A stretch of 64,000 bases of DNA from an uncultured virus (IMG/VR IMGVR_UViG_3300047462_000385). Its lineage: Duplodnaviria > Heunggongvirae > Uroviricota > Caudoviricetes. The translations under genes were made by a program, and so were the position numbers. Positions 56,526 to 64,000 of the stretch are shown here, in pieces (positions within the stretch are counted from its first letter, which is position 1; the number at the start of each line of letters is the position of its first letter). The stretch is taken from positions 1 through 64,000 of the IMG/VR virus record IMGVR_UViG_3300047462_000385; one strand, written 5' to 3'. A model generated the notes under the pieces. That model saw only the letters and a list, made by a program, of their open reading frames with translations, was not told where the DNA came from and did no database searches.

Positions 56526-57410
56526 ATGAGCAATGATAATCTAGGCGACAGAATGAAATCCTATGAGGATGCTTATAGGACACATTTGCCCATTAGAATG
56601 CCCGTTATTCTTCGTATTGACGGCAAAGCATTTCATACTTACACCAAGGGCTGTAAGCGACCTCTAGATCAAGGTTTGATCGATTGTATGAACGAAACCG
56701 CAAAGTATCTTTGCGAGCATGTTCAAGGCTGTCAAATTGCCTATGTGCAATCTGATGAGATTTCATTGCTGCTAAACAATTATACAGACGTTGACACCCA
56801 ATCATGGTTTGATAATAACCTACAGAAGATGGTTAGTATTTCTGCATCAATGGCATCGGTTACGTTTACAATGAACTCTTGGCAAATTTGGGCGCCCAAA
56901 ACTTCCGCTGAAGTTGATGCTGGTGCCGATCCTATGAGTGAGTGTGATTTCAACAGACCAGCTTATTTCGATAGCCGCGCCTTCATTGTTCCGAAAGAAG
57001 AAGTGGTGAACTATTTTCTATGGCGCCAACAGGATGCCACCCGAAACTCAGTTCAAATGCTAGCTTGTACTCTATACTCTCACAAACAATTAGAGGGTAA
57101 AGGTAATTCTGAGCTACAAGAACTATGTTTCCAAAAGGGTATCAACTGGAATGACTGTCCAACCTCTCAAAAACGTGGTCGCTGTATTGTCAAGACCAAA
57201 GTGATGAAACAGGGCACTAACCCCAAAACTGGTGAAGTATTCAATGCAGAGCGTACTGAGTGGGTAGTAGATAACGAAATCCCTATCTTTTCACAGGATA
57301 GAAGCTATATTGAAAAGCATGTCTACGTAAGCAAAAGATTTAATGACATGGTGAAAGCTGTGGGAGATCTGGAAACGACTGTACTTGCTACAAGGATTCC
57401 ACCAAAATGA
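56526..57410 (+). CDS. tRNA(His) guanylyltransferase / Thg1-like protein
   Basis: RIDGKAFH, QSDEIS, FDSR, YFLWRQQD. Confidence 0.93.
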   Translation: MSNDNLGDRMKSYEDAYRTHLPIRMPVILRIDGKAFHTYTKGCKRPLDQGLIDCMNETAKYLCEHVQGCQIAYVQSDEISLLLNNYTDVDTQSWFDNNLQKMVSISASMASVTFTMNSWQIWAPKTSAEVDAGADPMSECDFNRPAYFDSRAFIVPKEEVVNYFLWRQQDATRNSVQMLACTLYSHKQLEGKGNSELQELCFQKGINWNDCPTSQKRGRCIVKTKVMKQGTNPKTGEVFNAERTEWVVDNEIPIFSQDRSYIEKHVYVSKRFNDMVKAVGDLETTVLATRIPPK

Positions 57411-58507
57411 AAATAGATCAGGATGTTGGTCGTTTTAAAAACATCGTTCGAAATAAGGTAAAGCACAACCTTGGCAAATATGTAAGCTCCGATCAGTTAA
57501 TCGGACAGCAGGGAAATAAGCGCGTTTCAATTCCAATTGATAGTATTGACCTGCCCCATTTTACCCACAGTCATGGTGGTGGTACAGGTCAAGGAGAAGG
57601 TGAAGACGGTGATCCAATTGACGGTCAAGGCAAGCCTGGTCAAGGAAAAGGTAAGGCTGGTAATGATGAGGGTCAGCATGGCTATCAAGCCGAATTTACT
57701 GCCGATGAACTAGCTCAACTTTTGAGCGAAGAACTATCTCTTCCAAATGTTGATGAGAAGGGCAAAGGTAAAATTGCCTCCAGTAAAAACAAATATACTG
57801 GAATTAGAACGGTAGGTTCTGAAGGACTCAAACACTTCAAAAGAACCTACAAAGAGATGCTGAAGCGAAATATCGCTTCTGGCACTTATGAACCAGGAAA
57901 ACCTGGGATGTTTCCTATCAAGGCTGATAGGAGATATCGTGCCGCTATTCCTATTGAAGAACCAAATATCAATACTGTCGTTATCTATATGATGGATGTA
58001 TCTGGTTCAATGGGAGCCGAACAAAAGCACATAGTTAAATCTGAAGTATTTTGGATTGATCTATGGCTGAAATATCAGTACAAGGATATTGAATCCCGAT
58101 TCATTATCCATGATACAGTAGCATCAGAAGTAGATCGTGAGCAGTTTTTCACTATCTCTGAATCAGGTGGTACTAGTATTTCTTCTGCGTATAAATTCTG
58201 TGCCACTATGATGGAAAATGAATATCCATTTGCTGAATATAATGTATATCCATTCCACTTTAGTGACGGAGACAATTGGGGAGATTCAGATGATGCAGTT
58301 GCGGTCTCTTTATTAGAGTCGAAAATCATCCCTAACTCCAATTTATTTTGTTATGGTCAGGTTAATTCGGGAACTGGTAATTTCCTCAAAGTATTAGAAT
58401 CCTCCTTTCTTGGGACTTCTCAAAAGGATAAGGTGATTTTAAGTGAAATTAACAACCGAAATGAAATCTTGCCATCCATTAAAAAATTCCTGGGAACAGG
58501 AAAATAA
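57407..58507 (+). CDS. YeaH/YhbH (DUF444) vWA-family protein
   Basis: Gly-rich linker, MDVSGSM, ESGGT, HFSDGDNW. Confidence 0.9.
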   Translation: MKIDQDVGRFKNIVRNKVKHNLGKYVSSDQLIGQQGNKRVSIPIDSIDLPHFTHSHGGGTGQGEGEDGDPIDGQGKPGQGKGKAGNDEGQHGYQAEFTADELAQLLSEELSLPNVDEKGKGKIASSKNKYTGIRTVGSEGLKHFKRTYKEMLKRNIASGTYEPGKPGMFPIKADRRYRAAIPIEEPNINTVVIYMMDVSGSMGAEQKHIVKSEVFWIDLWLKYQYKDIESRFIIHDTVASEVDREQFFTISESGGTSISSAYKFCATMMENEYPFAEYNVYPFHFSDGDNWGDSDDAVAVSLLESKIIPNSNLFCYGQVNSGTGNFLKVLESSFLGTSQKDKVILSEINNRNEILPSIKKFLGTGK

Positions 58508-58516
58508 GGACATGTC

Positions 58517-59071
58517 ATGATTAAAGTTATTATGTTAGCGAGTTACTTGCTGACAGCCATGGTTTCATGGGTGCCACTCAAAGAACACTCGTATTATGAA
58601 AAAGAAGATTCTACTTTGCTAAGGTATTGTGAAATTGCGCTTGCTATGGCGACGGTCGCCCTAGACGAATCTCGTACTCCTGTGTTTAGCGGAGATGATG
58701 GAAAGGTAAAAACTGCCTTACTGTTAGCCTCCATTGCCTCTACTGAAACTGGATACGAGAAAAATGCTGTTACCTGTAAACGAAATGGTGATAATGGTAT
58801 CGCCTTTGGTCCATGGCAAACACATACCAGCAAGGCTCAAACTTGCAATAATTTATCAGATGCAGCAGGGTTTGCTTTGAACTTTGTTGAAAGAAGCTTC
58901 AATTGGTGTACAAGTCTAAATCCAAGAATTAATCCTTTGGATAAGCTTTCTGGTTATACAGATGGTCGTTGCCGTGAAAGTTGGCAATCTAGGCAAAAGA
59001 TTACTTGTGCCTTGAAATGGCATTCAAGTAATCCACTCCCGCCTGTTGAAATAGATGAGGGTGAAGAATGA
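58517..59071 (+). CDS. putative lysozyme/SLT-like protein
   Basis: IASTETGY...GDNGIAFGPWQ. Confidence 0.5.
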   Translation: MIKVIMLASYLLTAMVSWVPLKEHSYYEKEDSTLLRYCEIALAMATVALDESRTPVFSGDDGKVKTALLLASIASTETGYEKNAVTCKRNGDNGIAFGPWQTHTSKAQTCNNLSDAAGFALNFVERSFNWCTSLNPRINPLDKLSGYTDGRCRESWQSRQKITCALKWHSSNPLPPVEIDEGEE

Positions 59072-59637
59072 GACTGTACTATCTTTTACCATTGATTTTG
59101 GGGTGCCAATCAGTAGCCTCTTCATCTAATTTATCAGAAGAAGATGCCGGAACCGATGTTGCTCCTCCACATCAAAACATTACAATAGTGGGAGATTCTA
59201 CTGCTGGCTATGCCAGCTGGAAACTTAATGACGTCAGGCAGCCTAATGAGACAATTACAGTTCATTACAAGGGTGGTACGCCAATTACCTATTGGAATGA
59301 TGGTCATTTCACAGAAGCACTGAATCAATCTCCTAGAACTGATGTGGTAATCATCTTTTTGGGAACGGTTAATTTCAATTTTCCATGGTTACCAAGTGTA
59401 CAGCGAATATTAAACGAAGTTACCGCCCGTCACCTCAAGTGTATTTGGGTGGGACCAACCGCCGTACATGGCGAAAAACATGTCATCAACACTTTATTAA
59501 AAAATAAAGTCACTCCAACTTGTGCTTACATTGATACAGAGAGCTTGAACATACCACTGGGTGATGGAGTTCATCCCACACCGGACGGCACAGTCAAATG
59601 GCTAAAGGAAATCTGGAAAGTCAAAAGTACGTTATGA
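59068..59637 (+). CDS. SGNH/GDSL hydrolase, putative lipoprotein
   Basis: VGDS, LGTVN, DGVHP. Confidence 0.8.
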   Translation: MRLYYLLPLILGCQSVASSSNLSEEDAGTDVAPPHQNITIVGDSTAGYASWKLNDVRQPNETITVHYKGGTPITYWNDGHFTEALNQSPRTDVVIIFLGTVNFNFPWLPSVQRILNEVTARHLKCIWVGPTAVHGEKHVINTLLKNKVTPTCAYIDTESLNIPLGDGVHPTPDGTVKWLKEIWKVKSTL

Positions 59638-60701
59638 ATAACATCCCTAGCAGTATTATCGAAAAAATTGGTAAGAATCTGTACAATGAGCCAAATCATC
59701 CGATTGCCATTGTTAAAGAGAAGGTATTTGAGTACTTTTCGGATTTAGCCAAAATCGATATTGACAATCCATATGTACCTATCGAATATAATTTCGATAG
59801 ATTACGTGTTCCCGAAGATCACCCATCTAGAAGCCCATCTGATACATTCTATTTAGATGAAAAGACTGTATTAAGAACACACATGACTTGCTATTTGTAT
59901 CCACTTGGTCATACTAACAGTGGTCAAAGTAGACTTCGATATATTACCTGTGGTGATGTATATCGAAAAGACGCCATTGATGCGACCCATTATCCAGCTT
60001 TCCATCAGATGGATGCCTTCTACATCGTAGATCCTGGCACTGATGTTAAGAAGGATTTGCGTAAAAGATTAACAGGACTGGTAAAACACCTATTCGGTGA
60101 TAAGTGTGTCTTCCGATTTTTAGAGGATTCAGAGCACAAAAACATCTACTTCCCTTTTACAGTTGATTCTTTGGAAGTAGAGGTCAAGTTCAAGATGGAA
60201 GATGGGTCAACTAAAGACCTAGAAATCCTTGGCGCGGGTACCGTTCACCCCGATATCATGAAAGACCTTGGTTTACCAGGTACTCAAGCCTGGGCATTTG
60301 GTCTTGGGTTAGAGCGATTGGCAATGGTTATGTTCGATATCCCTGATATTCGACTATTCTGGAGCACTGACCCGCGTTTCTTAGATCAATTCAAGGCTGG
60401 CAAGATTACCAAATTCAAGCCCTATTCTAAGTATGAGATGTGCTATAAGGATGTGTCATTCTATCTTAGCCCTAAATTCACATACAATGACTTCTGTAGC
60501 ATTGCCCGTGAAGAAGATAAGCTCAACTACATTGAGTCCATTGAACTAATCGATCAGTTTAAAAAGAAGGATAAAACCTCGCATTGCTACAGAGTGACTT
60601 ATCGTTCTATTGATACAACTCTAAAAAACTCAGAAGTAGAAAAAATACAAAGAGCCATTAGAAAAAGGCTCGTTTCAGAACTAGAAGTGGAGATGAGATA
60701 A
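59634..60701 (+). CDS. single-chain (mitochondrial-type) phenylalanyl-tRNA synthetase
   Basis: HPSR..DTFY, LRTH, YRKDAIDATHYPAFHQ, FPFT, AFGLGLERL, DIRLFWS plus C-terminal anticodon-binding (FDX-ACB-like) domain. Confidence 0.9.
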   Translation: MNNIPSSIIEKIGKNLYNEPNHPIAIVKEKVFEYFSDLAKIDIDNPYVPIEYNFDRLRVPEDHPSRSPSDTFYLDEKTVLRTHMTCYLYPLGHTNSGQSRLRYITCGDVYRKDAIDATHYPAFHQMDAFYIVDPGTDVKKDLRKRLTGLVKHLFGDKCVFRFLEDSEHKNIYFPFTVDSLEVEVKFKMEDGSTKDLEILGAGTVHPDIMKDLGLPGTQAWAFGLGLERLAMVMFDIPDIRLFWSTDPRFLDQFKAGKITKFKPYSKYEMCYKDVSFYLSPKFTYNDFCSIAREEDKLNYIESIELIDQFKKKDKTSHCYRVTYRSIDTTLKNSEVEKIQRAIRKRLVSELEVEMR

Positions 60702-61036
60702 TGGGTGTTGATTTTTATACATGTGCAAATTGTAGTCGTAACTTTCCTGATTGTGGAAACTACTATTTCTGCGAAGAATGTTCCAATCAATTTTGTTCAA
60801 ACAAATGTGCTGACCCACAACCCTTAGACGAAGAAGAGGGTGAGGACGAAAATAATGATGAGAACGATGATGATTACGATAACACAAGATATAGCTGTTG
60901 TATTTGTCGTAAAGAAGAGGCAAATGACTATATTTTATTAGAGGCTCTTCTTAGACACTTTAAGATATCACGTGCTGATGCTTTAAAAATATGGCAGGAC
61001 GAAAAAGATTGCGATGCCTCCACCGAGCTTGATTAA
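60701..61036 (+). CDS. Cys-rich acidic hypothetical protein
   Basis: Multiple CxxC. Confidence 0.6.
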   Translation: MGVDFYTCANCSRNFPDCGNYYFCEECSNQFCSNKCADPQPLDEEEGEDENNDENDDDYDNTRYSCCICRKEEANDYILLEALLRHFKISRADALKIWQDEKDCDASTELD

Positions 61037-61123
61037 AGGGCGCGCAGTGGTTATATTAAAAATAGGCTAGAGATGGAGCCTGGATTATAGTCCGTAATTA
61101 TGGTAATATTGCCCCATACTTGT

Positions 61124-61684
61124 ATGAGGTTTTGTAATATACCAGATTGTAATAAAAAAGTTGTAGCGCGAGATTTATGTGATTTGCATTATAGGCGCTG
61201 GAAACGTCACGGAACTACTGATAAGCCAACTAGAATTGCTCACAATCAAAGGCAGTGGAAACCAGGTGAAAAAACTAAATTGATTAATTTGTATCTTGAT
61301 AAGAAAAATACTATAAATCAAATCAAAAACAAGTTCAAAATCTGTTCTGAACAGCTGTACATTGTATTAAAAGAGCACAATATTCCTTTAAGAGGAACCA
61401 AAAGGTTTGATAAATCTGGTAGAGATGGCTCAATAAAATCTGGTGGTTACCGAAAAGTATATAGAGATGGTAAATATATTCTTGAACACAGATACGTTAT
61501 GGAAAAATATTTGGGCAGATCTCTTTTAAAAAGTGAGAATGTTCATCATAAAAATGGCAACAGGGATGATAACAGGCTAGAAAATCTTGAACTTTGGAGC
61601 ACAAAACAGCCCTGCGGTAAAAGAATAGAAGATTTACTAAAATATGCTGAGGAGATAATTGAATTATATGGCAACCGAAAATAA
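61124..61684 (+). CDS. HNH homing endonuclease
   Basis: [25 protein letters not shown]. Confidence 0.9.
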   Translation: MRFCNIPDCNKKVVARDLCDLHYRRWKRHGTTDKPTRIAHNQRQWKPGEKTKLINLYLDKKNTINQIKNKFKICSEQLYIVLKEHNIPLRGTKRFDKSGRDGSIKSGGYRKVYRDGKYILEHRYVMEKYLGRSLLKSENVHHKNGNRDDNRLENLELWSTKQPCGKRIEDLLKYAEEIIELYGNRK

Positions 61685-62303
61685 AGAAACGTTTCAATCC
61701 AGAATTAGACCTTACTTTAGCCCTTCGGATCAGCTTGACGTCAAACTCGCATATACTCTAGCCAAATTCGGGCATCGTGCCCAGACTAGAAAAGAACTTA
61801 CGGACGGAAAACCTACTCGATATTTCGAGCACGTTCGCCGAGTTGCCATTGTCCTAATGGATGAAATGAAAATCATGGATAAAGACATGATTATTGCAGC
61901 TTTACTTCACGACTCTATCGAGGATTGTCAGGACCTGTCGCCAGAACTATTAGAGCATTGCTTTGGAACCGAAGTAGTATCCTTAGTCAAGGTCCTGAGC
62001 AAGGTCCCTAAAGAGGGATATCTTGACCGTCTAAACAACTGTAAAAATTGGAAGGCACTTGCCCTCAAGGCTTGCGACCGCCTAGACAACCTACGTTCTT
62101 TAATGATTCCTGGAACGACTCCCGAATTCCAGAAAAAGCAAGTTAAAGAAACCAAGGAAAAGTATTTTCCATTGTTTGATCAGATGATGCAAATTTGTCC
62201 TCCGATGTATTTGTCAAATATCACTGTAGTAAGAGATGAAATAAGGCACCTGATTACTCGATATAGTACCATTATCGAGCTACAGGAGCCGACCGTAGGA
62301 TAA
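61668..62303 (+). CDS. HD-domain Mesh1/SpoT-like (p)ppGpp hydrolase family protein
   Basis: [27 protein letters not shown]. Confidence 0.85.
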   Translation: MATENKETFQSRIRPYFSPSDQLDVKLAYTLAKFGHRAQTRKELTDGKPTRYFEHVRRVAIVLMDEMKIMDKDMIIAALLHDSIEDCQDLSPELLEHCFGTEVVSLVKVLSKVPKEGYLDRLNNCKNWKALALKACDRLDNLRSLMIPGTTPEFQKKQVKETKEKYFPLFDQMMQICPPMYLSNITVVRDEIRHLITRYSTIIELQEPTVG

Positions 62304-62313
62304 AGGAAATTAC

Positions 62314-62853
62314 ATGACTTGTATTGTTGGGTTAGTAGACAAAGGCAACGTGTATATTGGTGGTGATAGTGCTGGAGTTAATGCAAGCGAGCTATCTATT
62401 ACTCTTAGAGCGGACGAAAAGGTATTTATCAACGGTCCTTTCATTATGGGCTTTACAACCTCATTTCGTATGGGACAACTGTTGAGATACAAACTTAGCC
62501 CGCCGAAACAGACGGTGCACATGGATGATATGAAATACATGGTCACTGACTTCATCGATACTGCCATTAAGTGTTTCGTTGAAAATGGGTATGGCACAGA
62601 ATCCTCTGGCGGTTCCTTTTTAGTGGGGTATAAGGGTACACTCTATACTGTAGATAGTGATTTCCAAGTTGGCAAACCAATCAATCAATATGCCGCAGTT
62701 GGATGTGGCTCTAATTTAGCTCTTGGTTCATTGTATACTACTGTAGGCAAGGACCCCAAGTACAGAATGAAGGTTGCTTTGGAGGCTGCCGCTCATTTTA
62801 GTGCAGGTGTTGCAGCCCCATTCGTGTACATGAAGCAGCCCAAGGAAAAGTAA
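62314..62853 (+). CDS. Ntn-hydrolase / HslV-proteasome-like protein
   Basis: N-terminal MTCIVG..GDS, AVGCGS..ALG. Confidence 0.7.
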   Translation: MTCIVGLVDKGNVYIGGDSAGVNASELSITLRADEKVFINGPFIMGFTTSFRMGQLLRYKLSPPKQTVHMDDMKYMVTDFIDTAIKCFVENGYGTESSGGSFLVGYKGTLYTVDSDFQVGKPINQYAAVGCGSNLALGSLYTTVGKDPKYRMKVALEAAAHFSAGVAAPFVYMKQPKEK

Positions 62854-62873
62854 CCGGCAAGATCCGTGCCAAC

Positions 62874-62902
62874 TTGACATGGACGCTGCGAATGCCTATA
62901 TT
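62874..62902 (+). promoter_or_regulatory. sigma70-like promoter
   Basis: TTGACA-N17-TATATT. Confidence 0.55.
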
Positions 62903-62981
62903 TGATGGGCGAGGGAAGGTGTATCCGAAGCCCTGATTTTTACCTGGATTGCACTTACCCGCCTCTAAAAGGTGATAGAAA

Positions 62982-64000
62982 ATGACGAAGGATCGTATCA
63001 AAGAGCTAGAAAACAAGATTTTCCAAGCCCGCACTGATTATTACAACCATCAACCCTCTGTTTCGGATAAGGTATACGATGCCTGGGTAGATGAATTGCG
63101 AACTTTAGACCCTACCAGCAAGGCTGTCACTGCAATTGGTGCTCCTATCGTCCCTTCTGAATGGAAGAAAGCCAAGCATCAAATCCCCATGGGCTCATTG
63201 GATAAAGTCAATACACCTGCCGAGCTGTCCAAATGGGTTGAAGATACTTACCCTGATGGCAAACTTTTCGTTACTGAGAAGCTTGACGGTCTATCCATCG
63301 AGCTGATTTACGAAAAGGGTAGCCTCGTACAAGCCATTACTCGTGGTGATGGCGAGACTGGTGAAGACATTACAGTCAACGTTGTTAAGATGGGTGGTGT
63401 TCGGTCTCATCTGAAAGACAAGTTTACTGGTTCCTTGCGTGGCGAAATTATCATGACCAGGAGCAACCACAAGCAATACTTTGCTGACAAGGCTAATCCT
63501 CGTAATGCAGCCTCTGGTACCAGCAAGCGCTTGGATGGCGTAGGTGTTGATAAGCTCAACATCATGTTCTATCAGGTGCTAGGCGATGTAGACTTTGGTA
63601 ATGAGCAGTTGCAATTCGTATGGCTCGTCAATCAAGACCTCGATACCCCCAACTGGTGGGTAATGAAGAATGCTGATATGGTCAATAAGCATTGGCGAGA
63701 GTATCAAGATGACAAGCGTGACAAGTTGGATTACGATATCGACGGCTTGGTAATTCGTGTTGACAACATGGAGAAGCAACTTGCACTTGGTGACAAGGAT
63801 ATGCGACCCAAGGGAGCTATTGCTTTCAAGTTTGATAACGAAGCTCGCGAGTCAGTCATTCGTGATATCATTTGGCAAGTAGGTAACAGCGGACGTATTA
63901 CTCCGGTTGCTGTGGTTGATCCTGTGCAACTAGTGGGCGCGACAGTCACCCGAGCTAGCATCTACAATATGTCATACATTGAAGAGTTGAAGTTGGATAT
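62982..64000 (+). CDS. ligA: NAD+-dependent DNA ligase, runs off window end
   Basis: Hand translation: YY...SDKVYD, PMGSLDK, EKLDG, TRGDGETGEDIT, RGE, NPRNAA, IDGLV, QVGNSGRITPV. Confidence 0.93.
   Translation, partial: MTKDRIKELENKIFQARTDYYNHQPSVSDKVYDAWVDELRTLDPTSKAVTAIGAPIVPSEWKKAKHQIPMGSLDKVNTPAELSKWVEDTYPDGKLFVTEKLDGLSIELIYEKGSLVQAITRGDGETGEDITVNVVKMGGVRSHLKDKFTGSLRGEIIMTRSNHKQYFADKANPRNAASGTSKRLDGVGVDKLNIMFYQVLGDVDFGNEQLQFVWLVNQDLDTPNWWVMKNADMVNKHWREYQDDKRDKLDYDIDGLVIRVDNMEKQLALGDKDMRPKGAIAFKFDNEARESVIRDIIWQVGNSGRITPVAVVDPVQLVGATVTRASIYNMSYIEELKLD

Noticed and set aside
61060..61100. Hairpins upstream of the HNH gene as a group I intron
   Set aside because: No P/Q/R/S core and no interrupted host gene could be identified.

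Overview
This window looks like part of a very large (jumbo/huge) dsDNA phage genome. It is AT-rich, densely packed and mostly on the + strand, with sigma70-like promoters and no recognisable capsid or tail module. It carries about 28 tRNA genes grouped by amino acid, among them a Ser-body amber (CUA) suppressor-like tRNA, a rare Ser(ACU) tRNA and a Met tRNA whose anticodon is split by a 29-nt insertion. Other RNAs are a bacterial type-A RNase P RNA, three related Y-RNA-like ncRNAs (one holds a circularly permuted tRNA elbow with an internal CCA), and a structured RNA with 7-nt periodic AGC repeats behind a coiled-coil gene. Proteins include many HNH/GIY-YIG endonucleases and translation/RNA-repair genes (EF-Ts, single-chain PheRS, Pth2, Thg1, two Rnl2-like ligases, a 2H phosphoesterase, CYTH). 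There is also an NAD salvage/ADP-ribose cluster whose two main genes share an upstream motif, a J-domain kinase/vWA/pyruvate-kinase-like trio, a di-heme cytochrome, RNase HII, UvrD, GroES, a TnpB remnant and the 5' part of LigA. Three genes look as if they continue through an in-frame TAG. Several homopolymer frameshifts suggest sequencing errors or decay. All calls were made by eye from motifs; no searches were run.
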